DNA from: Octopus vulgaris
Taxonomy: Eukaryota
Length of the DNA: 64,000 nt
Assembly: GCA_951406725.2 (NCBI GenBank)
Contig: OX597814.1
Span: forward strand, 5,952,001-6,016,000
Direction: 5' to 3'
This document shows, one piece after another, positions 25,967 through 40,445 of the stretch. The first letter of the stretch is position 1. The number at the start of each line of letters is the position of its first letter. The position numbers and the translations under genes were made by a program. The notes beneath the pieces were generated by a model. That model searched no databases. It saw nothing but the letters and a program-made list of their open reading frames with translations, and was not told the origin of the DNA.

Positions 25967-26860
25967 GCTGATGACAGAGGGGAGTGGCTCCTCATTTGCT
26001 CCTCTAAATTACACCATAAACGTTTGATTATATTGAAGTCTGGTGATTTTAGGGTCCAGTCCAGTTGGTATGCTTCATTTTTGCTCTCTTTGTATTTATT
26101 TTGAATAGCATTAGCCATGTGAAGGGGTTATATTATCATCCTGGATGATTGTGCTACCATCAGGGAATAATGCTACCATTAAGCAGGTTCCACCTAAGGA
26201 ACTTTGCCCAAATTGGTAAAAAGGGTGAATGGTGATTCATCAGAGAGAAGTGGACATTGTTTCTGGGACCACTTCTGATAATCTAGACATGACTTTTTAC
26301 ATTTCTCAATATTGAATGGGGTACAGGAGACATTTAGCAATTGTGACCCTCCCTTTGTATCCCTGCTTTGTATGGAACTCCTGATGAACAGCATTGATTG
26401 AGACCTGGTTAGCAAGATGGAGGGCTTTAGTCCTGCTCTCCCTTGTGCTGCTGTAGTTTGATGCCTTTTTGAGACACCCTACCTTTCACTATTCTTTGGG
26501 ATTTGCCTTCCATCCAGAACTATGCTTACCAAAGCTAGTTTTACTTTGGTTTTGGTTAATGCTGATAGGATTTTAAAGACTGTATCTCTTAGAACGTTAA
26601 ACAATTCAGCAGTTTTAGTGGCCGAAACTCCAGCCGTCCATGCTGCAGCAATCTGCCCTCTTTGGAAAGCAGACAAGTCATGCATTTTATCTTATTTAAA
26701 TATAAATATCTGCAAAAGAAAGAAAACCAGAGAGCTGTATAATAAAGTACAAGGTGTATGTAATGCATAAGGACCCACAGAGATGGGTTTAGGGACTGAA
26801 ACAGTTTCGAGTTTATCATATTGGCAATCGAAAAAATAGTTAAATTTTGTCTAACACCTG
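25967..26860 (-). mobile_element. Decayed Tc1-family DNA transposon
   Basis: MHDLSAFQRGQI...TAELFNVLRDTVFKI (HTH), LSDESPF, QDDN and WTLKSPDFNIIKRLW (DDE motifs). The 5' end reads TA|CAGGTGTTAGAC at 26860; the other end is replaced by a (GAT)n element. Confidence 0.8.
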
Positions 26861-27495
26861 TATAAATAAATAAATAAATATACATGTATGTATGTGTGTG
26901 TGTGTGTGTACACATCTGATGGGCTTACATTCCACATGGTTTCCGTTTTCACCCAATCCCATGCTAAAGATGTCCAACTTGCTGTGACCCTCTTCTCACT
27001 CTGTCAGACCTGTGGCATTTGAGCCATGAATCCAGATAATCCCAAACCAAAGCGAGTGTCTATGTATGTGTATGTGTGTGTTTATGCCTATGTGTGTGAG
27101 TATGTGTCAATGTATATGTATGCATGTGTATGTCTTTGTATATGTGAAAGCGTGTGTACGTGTGTATAAGTGTGTATACAAGTGTGTGTGTATGTGTGTG
27201 TCTATATGTGTATGTGATATTGCGGTTGCTGTTGTTTAACCCCAAGTAATATTTATCAAAGACTTTCCAGCCATGACCCTTTCCTTGTATGTTATCTCAG
27301 ATTCTCTGTCTACAACTCTATTCATACATGTTACCTTTTTGTAAAACAGTGAAGCACTTTAAAACCTAAATTCTTCATTATTTTCAAAATATCTACTAAA
27401 GTTTTTTTTAAAAAAAGAAACTTAATAGCGTCCCCTTCATCATTATATGCAGTCATCACATTCTGCTAAAATGTCTTATTGATGTGTTTGGTTTC

Positions 27496-27582
27496 TTTCC
27501 CTGATGAGAAGATTCCATTGTTTTACACCATTTTATTCTTTCTGTAATAATAGCATGTTGTCTTCGAGACATGTGTCGGAAG
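27496..27582 (+). ncRNA. Type I hammerhead motif with one core substitution (GAGA for GAAA)
   Basis: TTTCC-CTGATGA-GAAGA...TCTTC-GAGA-CATGTG-TC-GGAAG. Confidence 0.65.
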
Positions 27583-27618
27583 TTAAAGACTTTTAATAAC
27601 ACCTGCATTTAACTCCAT

Positions 27619-27697
<79 letters not shown>

Positions 27698-27759
27698 CAT
27701 ATATATATATATATATCCAGTAAATATCGGTACTTTGTTGTGCCATTTATTTACTAATT

Positions 27760-27816
<57 letters not shown>

Positions 27817-28021
27817 CCTCGTCTGGCACCTGTGTCGGTGGCACATAAAAAGCACCCACTACACTCACGGAGTGGTTGGCGTTAAGAAGGGCATCCAGCT
27901 GTAGAAACACTGCCAGATAAGACTGGAGCCTGGTGCAGCCTTCGGGCTTCCCAGACCCCAGTTGAACCGTCCAACCCATGCTAGCATGGAAATCGGACGT
28001 TAAACGATGATGATGATGATG

Positions 28022-28057
<36 letters not shown>

Positions 28058-28197
28058 AACCAAGAAAGAGAGGACACATTTCAGAGGTCAGTGTTCTTAA
28101 TCACTCAATATATTTCAAACCTCCACAGCATACATAGGTGCACTCATATATTTATATATAAATACATTTATATATTTATATATTATTATATGATATC

Positions 28198-28332
<135 letters not shown>

Positions 28333-29641
28333 AATATATAACACACACACATATATGTGCATATGTGTGTGTTTGTGTGTCTGTTTCCCCACAACGATTG
28401 CTTGAAAACTAATGTTGGTGTGTTTACATCCCTGTAACTTAGTGGTTTGGCAAAAGAGACCGATATAATAAGTACTAGGCTTACAAAGAATAAGTCATGT
28501 AGTTGATTTGCTCAACTAAAGGCAGTGCCCCAGCATGGCCACAGTCAAATGACTGAAACAATTAAGAAAATAAAAGAATCAAAGAATTTTGGCAACACAA
28601 GAATTGATATTCATGCGAAGCCGGAAGAAGAGTGGTGTTGGGTTTTTAGGAAGAAGGGAGATGAAGTCATTTAAGGTGAAGTCGTGCATTGCTGTTGTTG
28701 GTTGCTTCCTGAGGGACCGGCTGACCCTCCTCCATAACGGTTACCAAAGGGGTTACGTAATAGGACAGAGAGTTGTGCGTCACCAAACTCGATTCTGGTG
28801 TGTTTGACGTCGACAACAAGGTCGGCTGCTGGTAAATGATGTCACTTGTTTTTAGGAAATCTGAGAAACAGATTTACGAATGCATTTACGTATTTACCCT
28901 TTCTAAATATCAAATTCCTATTTCAATAACCCATCCACCCACCGTCACTGACAGGCCCACCCCCAGCCCAACACTCCTCAAACTCTCGTTTTACTTTCAT
29001 GATACAGATACCCTGAATAACCAGTTGAATCAAGTACATCATTTCTCTGTTAGAAATGATATTTGGTTAGCTGTGTTAACAGAACACTTCACCACATCAA
29101 CCTGTGAAATGTCAACATTAACCAACCTGAATCCAACATTGTTTGAAGGACTTAATTAAGACAGAGATGAGTTGTATGCAACACTGACTACGGTCATGCT
29201 GGAGCATCGCTTGGAAGGGTTTAGTCAAAGAAACAACCCTTACACCAATTTTTGAAGTCTATTGCTTATTCACTCACTCTCTTTTGTTGAACCCCTAAGT
29301 CAAGGAGATGTAAACAAACCAACATTGGTTGTCAAATCAATAAATGGTGGGGATATACATACACATATATATGTGTGTGTGTGTATGTGTGTGTATGTGT
29401 GTGTGTGTATGTGTGTGTGTATGTGTGTGTGTATGTGTGTGTTTATGTGTATGTGTGTGTGTGTGTATGTATATATATATATATATATTTTTTTTTTTTG
29501 TTAAGTTAATATAAGAAAATGGATAAGAAATACATTCGATGCTTGTTCAATTTTATTTGTATCACGATGAAGACATATCAAAGAATATGATAGATATAAA
29601 ATTTAAAGGATCAAAACCCATCAAAAATGAGCATAAAAAAT

Positions 29642-29755
29642 GCCTACACATGTTTCAATCTGGCCCCTGGGTGAACAGTGCTTCAGATCGTCATGATTTG
29701 AACCAATGTTAGATGGAAAAGAACCCCACAATAAATTGCCAGATTTCATCAGGGC
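29642..29755 (-). ncRNA. Type I hammerhead ribozyme, intact core, 8-bp helix II with 73-nt loop
   Basis: GCC-CTGATGA-AATCTGGC-(73 nt)-GCCAGATT-GAAA-CATGTG-TA-GGC. Confidence 0.8.
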
Positions 29756-31674
29756 TTTTTCAAAAGACGATGGAATGTAACGAACTAAATAAGATGGATG
29801 AGCATTGTATTTTCAAATATCTGAATAACGTAAAGAATAAGTCGTTAGGAAAGGTAGAACGCCAAGGTAGTGGTGGTGGTGGTGGTGGTGGGGGAGAGAT
29901 ATTATCTCTTTACTCTTTTACTCTTTTACTTGTTTCAGTCATTTGAGCATTTGACTGCGGCCATGCTGGAGCACCACCTTTAATCGAGCAACTCGACCCC
30001 GGGACTTATTCTTTGTAAGCCCAGTACTTATTCTATCGGTCTCTTTTTGCCGAACCGCTAAGTGACGGGGACATAAACACACCAGCATCGGTTGTCAAGC
30101 AATGCTAGGGGGACAAACACAGACACACAAACATATACACACACACTTATATATATATACATATATACGACAGGCTTCTTTCAGTTTCCGTCTACCAAAT
30201 CCACTCACAAGGCATTGGTCGGCCCGGGGCTATAGCAGAAGACACTTGCCCAAGATGCCACGCAGTGGGACTGAACCTGCAACCATGCGGTTGGTTAGCA
30301 AGCTACTTACCACACAGCCACTCCTGCGCAATCTAATGAAATAAAGCAATCTAAAAGATGATAATGTTTAAAAAAAAGGACAAATTCTGCTAAAATAAAA
30401 TCTAATATAAATATGATAACATTTACAAAGAACAAAAAAACCCACAAGACTCCTATTATGCTATTACATATTTTGTCTCAACCAAAATTATGAAATGGTA
30501 CAAGATTAATTGTGCATAAACTTCATTGACCCAAACATTTTCACTGTTTGTAGTAAAGGTTTATGTACCCCGAAATAAAACAAAAAACATGGTTCATAAA
30601 GAAATATTCATTCTTAATGCAACACAAATACTTCAATAACTTCATTTACCATTATTATCATTACATTCAAAAATGAGTAAATCACCTATTTCAATGAACT
30701 GCATCATATAATTGCCATTACTGTATTGATAAATAAAATAACACATGCTCTCACTTATTATTATCATGTTATAAACAAATAGAATTTCATGTATAAAATT
30801 TTATACATGAAATTCTGTTTGTTTATAACATGATAATAATAAGTGAGAGCATGTGTTATTTTATTTATCAATACAGTAATGACAATTATATAATATAATA
30901 ATAATAATAATAATTATTATTATTATATTATATAATTGTCATTACTGTATTGATAAATAAAATAACACATGTATTATTATTATTATATTATATAATTGTC
31001 ATTACTGTATTGATAAATAAAATAACACATGCTCTGACTTATTATTATCATGTTATAAACAAACAGAATTTCATGTATAAAATTTTCTTTTTTCTGCCTC
31101 AATTATTACATGTTTTTCTCTTATTATATGAATGCCATTACTGTATAGATTAACAGAATAACACATACGACTCACTTATTATTGTCATATCATAAACAAA
31201 CACAAGTTCATGTATGATATTGATCTTTCTTCTACTTCACTTATTACATGGTTTTCTCTTCTAAAAATACAAACATACAGGAGGAGTAAATTATACATGT
31301 AATAATAGTAATAATACCTTCAATGTGGCTCCCAATAAACAGTAAAAGTAATTACCCAATCAATGACAGGTTTTACTGCTAGTATATATATATATATATA
31401 ATCAACTAATAAGGGTGAGAAAATTGGATACTAATTTAATAGTACCATCAATTTAACACCAAGTGGCTTAGTGCATAAAAACCAGGAATACAATAAATTT
31501 TATACGTAAATATAAGAGAGTGACCACTATGTGGTCGACTCTAGCACTAAAAGTAGATCTGCTACGGATCTATATATATATATAGGGAGAGTTTACGAAA
31601 AAAACAAAAGACGAAGACAGATGGTGTAGAAAACAAATAGATGTATTAGTATAACACTCAGGAATAGAAAAAGT

Positions 31675-31710
31675 CTTTTACATTTCGAGTCTACGCTCTT
31701 CTACAGAAAG
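31675..31710 (-). ncRNA. Hammerhead-like fold with atypical core (CTGTAGAA)
   Basis: CTTT-CTGTAGAA-GAGC(GTAG)ACTC-GAAA-TG-TA-AAAG. Confidence 0.4.
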
Positions 31711-32270
31711 GGACACAGAAAAAACAAGGAGAGAAAAAAATGTGTGTAGTTGCTAGTATGTATGTATGTATATATAGTTTATAGATTTGGTTTTCAAGAT
31801 TCTTTATGTGAGTTCGTGTGCTGAAGCATATTTTGTTGTTTTTGGGGAGATTCATTCTCTTTTAGTGCCCTATTATTTAACACACTCACTGGTAAAATTT
31901 CCAATCATGGAGTTACACACACACACATAAAAACACACAAACACATGAATATGCAGAATACATAGAAATGTACACACATACATATATACATATGCACACA
32001 TACATACTTACATGCATACACACACATACATACATACATACATACATACATGTGTATGCGCACACACACTGACCCACATACATGTGCACAAACAAGCAAA
32101 AAGAATGCAGCTCAGACAAGAGGCAGAGACAACAACTATTGAAACGGTTTCAAGATGCAACAAATATTTTAGGAAAAATAAGTAAGTAAATGAGTGGAAA
32201 CTTTACCGGTGTGTGTGTTAAATAATGAGGCACTAAAAGGGACGGACTCTCCCCAGACACAACAATATAT

Positions 32271-32835
32271 CATCATCATCATCATCATCGTTTAACGTCC
32301 GCTTTCCATGCTAGCATGGGTTGGACGGTTCAACTGGGGTCTGGCAAGCCAGAAGGCTGCACCAGGCCAGTCAGATCTGGCAGTGTTTCTACAGCTGGAT
32401 GCCCTTCCTAACGCCAACCACTCCGAGAGTGTAGTGGGTGATTTTATGTGCCACCGACACAGGTGCCAGACGAGGCTGGCAGACGGCCACGCTCGGATGG
32501 TGTTTTTTATGTGCCACCGACACAGGTGCCAGATGAGGCTGGCAGACGGCCACGCTCGGATGGTGTTTTTTATGTGCCACCGACACAGGTGCCAGATGAG
32601 GCTGGCAGACGGCCACGCTCGGATGGTGTTTTTATGTGCCACCGACACAGGTGCCAGATGAGGCTGGCAGACGACCACGCTCGGATGGTGTTTTTTATGT
32701 GCCACCGACACAGGTGCCAGACGAGGCTGGCAGACGGCCACGCTCGGATATGGTGTTTTCGGTGTTTTTCTTATGTGCCACCGACACAGGTGCCAGACGA
32801 GGCTGGCGAACGGCCATGATCGGATGGTGTTTGTT
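32271..32835 (-). mobile_element. (GAT)n-tailed element with six ~63-bp tandem units, near-identical to 3978-4545
   Basis: Same body and same unit, gtgccaccgacacaggtgccagacgaggctggcagacggccacgctcggatggtg. Confidence 0.85.
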
Positions 32836-33149
32836 ATATATATATATATATATATATGCATATATGTCTATGCATGTGTGTGTGTACATATATATATATA
32901 TATTTATACATATATGTGTATATATATATATGTGTGTGTGTGTGTATGTATGTGTGTGTATATATGTATGTATGCATGTATGTATGTCCTTGTTCAGTTT
33001 TTTTTCAAGATTTCTTGCCAATAGAGAAAGAACTGGTTTCTAACCCAGATCCAAGGCTCCTTCATTGGAATTTCAACATTAACAACAGAGTATTTTTGTA
33101 TGTATGTGCATATGTATGTTTTGTTTTACGCATGTATTCTCATGCATAT

Positions 33150-34245
33150 AGTTGCCTTTGATAAAGTCGATCATGGAATGATATGTCACAAACTGCATGA
33201 TCTTAGCATAGTTGGAAAATTGGGAGAATGGCTTCACGACTTTCTGAAGGATAGAAGTCAGGTAGTAGTAGCCAATGGGGCCACCTCCAATAACACGCAA
33301 ATAGTGAGCGGTGTTCCGTAAGGCACTGTTTTGGGACCACTACTGTTCATAATGGCCCTCTCAGACATGCCCTCATCCACGTAGAGAGCCACGATCACAA
33401 GTTATGCAGATGATACAAAAGTTTCGCAGGTAATACAGAACCCTGAAGACACTATGCACCTGAAATGTGAGCTGGACAAAATATACAAGTGGGCTGTAAA
33501 GAATAGCATGCAGTTCAATGCTGAAAAGTTTCAAGCTTTATACTATCAGCATGCAAAACTAAATGCAATACCCAATAAATACACTGGACCTGGCTGGATT
33601 GCAATCCCAGAGGCACAATCAGTGCGAGACCTGGGTATTTACATGAGTAATGATGCAACCTTTCATGTGCATGTTGCTAAATTGGCAATGAAATGTAGGT
33701 GGCTGACCGGATGGATTCTTAGAGTTTTAACTCTGTGCAGCATATAAACTATTGGGAAAGACTCAAGAGATTAAGACTCTATTCCTCAGAGCGTAGGCGA
33801 GAAAGATATACCCTAATATACATCTGGAAGATCCTAGAAGGACTTTTCCCAAACCTTGGCATCGGGAGTTACACAAATACTAGAACTGGGCACCACTGCA
33901 TAGTGCCAAGGACTCCAAATTTGCCATCAAGATGTAGGACAAGATACTGTGATAGCCTGGGCTTCAGAGGTGCACAGCTCTTCAATATCCTCCTGAAGGA
34001 CCTGAGAGGCCTGCATGGGGTGGATGCAGATGTCTTTAAAATAAAACTGGATCTCTTCCTGTCAGGTGTCCCAGATGAACCAACTTCACGGCAGGAGGTG
34101 CAGATGAGGGCAGCTGCATCAAACTCTCTCATGCATCAAATGCCAATTGCTAAAAAGCATTCGAGAAGTAAAATCTTGTAGCAACACCGAATGGCGGTGC
34201 CCCAGCATGGCCACAGCTCGTGAGCTGAAACTAGATAAAATAACA
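33150..34245 (+). mobile_element. Truncated CR1/L2-type LINE with internal deletion
   Basis: AFDKVDHG, SGVP*GTVLGPLLF, SYADDT, MQFNAEKF, VRDLGI, YWERLKRLRLYS.ERRRERY and LFNIL...FKIKLDLFL..VPDEP. Confidence 0.85.
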
Positions 34246-34259
34246 AAAAAAATATCAAG

Positions 34260-34470
34260 ACATGTTCATATATATTTAAATGATAAACTTCTGGAACGTT
34301 TTACAGATTTTTATAGTTCCATTGATGGATTGGATCTGTAGTCTTCCAATTAGCTTTCTCCTTTCTGGTTTTGAGAAGCCTAATTTCTCAAGATTGCTAT
34401 TTAGACAGTGTGTTATATATCCCAGGACCCCCCCAATAATTACAGATATAAACCTGAACTTGTAATCTGT
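34260..34470 (-). mobile_element. C-terminal fragment of an RLE-type LINE
   Basis: YKFRFISVIIGGVLGYI...LQIQSINGTIKICKTF resembles the ViGaLG...lQ...l.GT tail of the other RLE elements in this window. Confidence 0.55.
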
Positions 34471-34658
34471 ATGTATGTATGTATCTTCTATCAAACTATC
34501 AAAGTATCAATATATATATATATATATGTACTCGCATAGCAAGTAATTTGATCTGAGATCGTGTGCTGAAACGAAAACAATTGCAGCGTGGAAGGTGTTT
34601 GTAAGCCATTTAAGAAACACACAAAAGCCGTTCGATTCACTTCAACATTTAAGTTTAA

Positions 34659-34708
34659 TTTGTCAAAATATTTTCGTCGCTAAAATCCGCGACCTGTTCA
34701 CTGATAAA
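34659..34708 (-). ncRNA. Hammerhead fold, G3:C8 variant (left-arm copy)
   Basis: Reverse complement of 34723-34772 with one mismatch in helix I. Confidence 0.6.
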
Positions 34709-34722
34709 AATGCAGCACGGAC

Positions 34723-34772
34723 TTTGTCAGTGAACAGGTCGCGGATTTTAGCGACGAAAATATTTTGACAAA
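34723..34772 (+). ncRNA. Hammerhead fold, G3:C8 core variant
   Basis: TTTGTCA-GTGAACA-G-GTCGC(GGATTTTA)GCGAC-GAAA-ATAT-TT-TGACAAA: 7-bp helix I, 5-bp helix II, palindromic helix III. Confidence 0.65.
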
Positions 34773-37003
34773 TTAAACTTAAATGTTGAAGTGAATCGAA
34801 CGGCTTTTGTGTGTTTCTTAAATGGCTTATAAACACCTTCCACGCTGCAATTGTCATATATATATATATATATATATATATAAGCATGTACACACAGATA
34901 TACACATATATAAGATGTACTTATGTGTGGGTGTATGCATGTGTGTACGCCCGTTATCATTTGGTTAGGAGAATTCCCCCCTCCCCTGTCAACTCGATGC
35001 TTTGATAACCTCATTACCCTCCATGGTTTGTTGTTCTGTTGCATTCAAACAGTTATGTCAACAGCCATGTGACTCAAATATGCATGACACACATCAGAGT
35101 CAGGACAGAGGAATGGAAGAGGAGATGGAAGGAATTTGGGTTAGATTCTGGGTGGAGTCAGTCAGAATCTAATCTGCCCTGAAGACAAATAAATGTATGA
35201 AGAAACTTCTAAAGAAGTTTGCTGCTTGCAATGGTTTGGTTTCAGGTTCAATTCTGCATTGTGGTTATGTGAGAAAGTATTGCCTTCTGTAACTTTGAGC
35301 TGACCAATGCCTTCTGTGAGGAAACAACAACCTATAGGAGGGGCCACTGAATGCCACAGTGTAGGGATTGAAACTTAAATATGTATATATATGTATATTC
35401 TCCCCCTTTCCAATCCTGGTGTGCTTCAGTTTATACCCCACCCCGTAACTTGGGTGTACGGTCCCTACCCTCTGCCTGTCATATCTTCACCATCTTTCTG
35501 ACCCCACTTTTTCTGAGGTAACTACATCTCTCTTCTAATGCAGGACAACTTTCTGTCCCTCAGTACTTCTCCCCACCCAGCAGACAGGTCTTGTCTTCCA
35601 AGTCATTTGGTGACCCCACTGATGCCAGTGCCATGTAAAAAGCACTCAGTACACTCTGTAAAGGGTTTGGCATATTAGGAAGGGCGTCCAACCAGAGAAA
35701 CCATACCAAACCACACAGCAGAACTTGATGCAGCATTCTGACTTGTCAGTTCCTGTCAAACCATCCTATTTGTGCCAGCAAGTTTGAGTTAGACAAGAGG
35801 AAGACAAGACGCTAGAAAGTGCAGTACCCAAAATGTTATCAATGAGAATAGAAGAAATAATCTGGAACATAGGCGAAATAAGTTAGAGATTAACCTTAAT
35901 GAAACCAACATAGAAAATAATAATGTGTTTTCCATGCTGGCTTGAGTTGGACATCTTGACAGAAGCTGGCAAGGCCAGGTGTCCACACCAGGTGCCCACA
36001 CCAGGTGAACATAGACTGTATTAGTTTGGTTTCTTCAGCCAGATGCTCTTCCTAACACCAAACCCTTTGTAGAGTATACTTCTTATGTGGAACCATCAAC
36101 AATGCCTTTTTTTAAACTTGGAACAGTCACCAGTGCTTTTTACATGGCATCAGCATCAATACATTTTATGTGGATCCAGCACTGACATGAAAGCTTTTAT
36201 ACATGGCACCTCACATATATATGAGCTGGAAAGAAACGTTAGCACGCCGGGCAAAATGCGTAGCCGTATTTCGTCTGCCGTTACGTTCTGAGTTCAAATT
36301 CCGCCGAGGTAGACTTTGCCTTTCATCCTCTCAGGTTCGATAAATTAAGTACCTGTTACGCACTGGGGTCGATGTAATCAATTTTATCCCTTTGTCTGTC
36401 CTTGTTTGTCCCCTCTGTTTAGCCCCTTGTGGGCAATAAAGAAATATATATATATATATATATACTCTTTACTCTTTTACTTGTTTCAGTCATTTGACTG
36501 CGGCCATGCTGGAGCACCGCCTTTAGTCGAGCAAATCGACCCCGGAAGTTATTCTTTGTAAGCCCAGTACTTATTCTATCAGTCTCTTTTGCTGAACCGC
36601 TAAGTGACGGGGACGTAAACACACCAGCATCATAGGGGGACAAACACAGACACACAAACATATACACACACACTTATATATATATACATATATACGACAG
36701 GCTTCTTTCAGTTTCCATCTACCAATTACACTCACAAGGCATTGGTCAGCCCAGGGCTATAGCAGAAGACACTTGCCCAAGATGCCACGCAGTGGGACTG
36801 AACCCGGAACCATGTGGTTGGTTAGCAAGCTACTTACCACACAGCCACTCCTGCGCCTATATATATATATATATATAATTTATAAAAATATGGTAAAGTA
36901 AAAGAATTCACTTTACCACACACCGAACTTTTCAGAAATAGCAGCCAAAAACTTGGCTATTTTTATATTGTTATGAGAAAATGGGGGTCGAATCAATTAA
37001 TTA

Positions 37004-37043
<40 letters not shown>

Positions 37044-37944
37044 TAAAAAAATAAAACATATGCATATATATAAACATATATGTACATACCTACCTCTACA
37101 TGTACATATACACGCATATATGAGTACAGGACACCAAAAGGACGTCGAACACAATGAGAAACGAAAACATAGGCACAAACCAAAGGAACTGGAAATTTTT
37201 TTAAAAACAGCAAAAAAAATAGAGTACAGGACAATTAACACAAAGAACAAACCCCTTCTTCAGTCGCTAAAGGTTTCGCATACTTATATAAGCAATAGTG
37301 CATATATTTTCGTGCCTGTAGTATTTATGCTGGGTGGGAGAAGGTAGACAGACTACATATTAGGTTGGGTAGGAAAAGGACATATGTTTGTTTGTACTTC
37401 TCTCTTTCATTTCTCACCTATCTGTGGACAGGATATTGAGTTACTAAAATAGTTGTTAAATTTTTTAAAATGTTTTGGTGTTTATACAGGCATCTAAAGA
37501 CCTGTTCCAGCCTATTAAGTAATTTGTGTCGTGATGTAAAGATTTGGTACATTTCTTCAATACACAATTCACATCTATTTCCTCTTGCTCAATATGGTTT
37601 AGCCATACTAGTTAACTCCCACTCTGTGGTATAGCTATGGTTCCTATCTTTAAGGCAACAGATTAGTTTGCTTAGGCTCACACTCCAGATAATATTACTA
37701 TTCAGAGAAATTACCTATCAGTGAAATTTACCATGTGAGTTACAGTTCATAGTATTCATAGATGTTAAATACTAATCAATTGTGCTTAGCCATAACCTGG
37801 AACGTAATTGAGAGCCACCATAGGATCTACTCAGATAATATATCCCTTTAAACTCACATTAATACGTGAGTGTGTGTGTTTGTGTGTGTATGTTTGTGTG
37901 TGTGCGTTTGTGTGTGTGTGTGTGTGCTTGTGTGTTTGTGTGTG

Positions 37945-38206
<262 letters not shown>

Positions 38207-38808
38207 GAGGGAAGGACTGTTTTAATAAAGTCGCTTCTTGTCCTTACCTTCGAAACGCGGAGTAGATAAAACAGGGGACAACTGATGAAGGGATTGTTCT
38301 TTATGTTGCATGCCTCGTTTCTCTGTTTGTTTGTTTTTTTGTTGTTCGAAAAAGTTCACTTCTATGTTTTTGTTTTTTTATGTTCTTGTTTCTCATTTTG
38401 TGTACGTTTTTTAATGTCTTGTGCCCATATATGCATGTATATATACATACATATGTAGGTATGTACATATATGTATGTATGCATATATTAATATATTATT
38501 TATATTATTATATATATTGATACATATATAACAATATGATCTAGGGATCTGAGTGTAGGAAGTTTGTAGGCTTCAAGCAGTAAGTGGTAGGTATTTATAG
38601 AACAAAAACTATACAGTGTATGATTAAAAAACAATATCAGTTTGTTAGCCTGAAGAGTTATGCACTTTTACCCCTGTCGAAGTTGCGAGGAAATTCAATA
38701 AACTGATAGTTGCTATAGAACATACAGTTTGCAAATAGAGAAGCTACAATTGTGAATAAAAATCCAAATTGAGAGAGTGGACCCTGCGAAATGCATGCTG
38801 CATATCTT

Positions 38809-38867
<59 letters not shown>

Positions 38868-39101
38868 AAAGTGGAGAAATATATCTAAATCATTCATCAA
38901 CTATCAGATAATACCGAATCATATACTTTATTAAAACACTACACAAGAGCATTAAGATTAGACATTAATACAGTACAACAATTACAATCAATAATAATGA
39001 GATATAACTAAATAAATATAACAAGATATGAAATTACATATACATTATATTTTACATTATAACATATATATATATATATAACATATATATAACATTATAA
39101 C

Positions 39102-39160
<59 letters not shown>

Positions 39161-39390
39161 TCATCATCATCATCATCATCATTTAGCGTCCGCTTTCCAT
39201 GCTAGCATGGGTTGGACGGGTCAACTGGGGTCTGTGAAGCTGGAAGGCTTCGTCAGGCCCAGTCAGATCTGGCAGTGTTTCTACGGCTGGATGCCCTTCC
39301 TAACGCCAACCACTCCGTGTGTGTGTATGTATGTATATATATATATATATATGTGTGTGTATATATATATATATACATATATATGTGTGT

Positions 39391-39445
<55 letters not shown>

Positions 39446-39926
39446 AATGGCTATATATATATATATTTAAATAGGGTGAGTGGAACAGGTAAAATGCACA
39501 CTACATATGTTTTTTAGCTCTTGATGTAATACTCACTGTGGATAATCATCAGGCTGAGATTACCTTAACAAAATGAAACTTTACATTGTTGCTTGGAATC
39601 TCAAAGTCAAGGCGTTCAGCTTGCTAAGAAACATATACAGCATGTATTTCGCAGGGTCCACTCTCTCAATTTGGATTTTTATTCACAATTGTAGCTTCTC
39701 TATTTGCAAACTGTATGTTCTATAGCAACTATCAGTTTATTGAATTTCCTCGCAACTTCGACAGGGGTAAAAGTGCATAACTCTTCAGGCTAACAAATGA
39801 TGTTGTTTTTTAATCATACACTGTATAGTTTTTGTTCTATAAATACCTACCACTTACTGCTTGAAGCCTACAAACTTCCTCAGATCCCTAGATCATATTT
39901 TTATATATGTATCAATATATATAATA

Positions 39927-39995
<69 letters not shown>

Positions 39996-40184
39996 TGATC
40001 ATCATCATCATCATCATCATCGTTTAACGTCCGCTTTCCATGCTAGCATGGGTTGGACGTTCAACTGGGGTCTGGGAAGCCCGAAGGCTGCACCAGGCCA
40101 GTCAGATGTGGCAGTGTTTCTACAGCTGGATGCCCTTCCTATCCGAGGTGTATGGGTGATTTTATGTGCCACCGACACAGGTGA

Positions 40185-40261
<77 letters not shown>

Positions 40262-40410
40262 ACAACCCCACCATTTATTGATCTATATATATATATATAT
40301 ATATACACCCACATATATATACACATATAAATACACATATACACATACATATATACATAAGTGGAGGGCACACACAATGTGTATGTATGAGAGAGAGAGA
40401 GATAGTAAGG

Positions 40411-40445
<35 letters not shown>

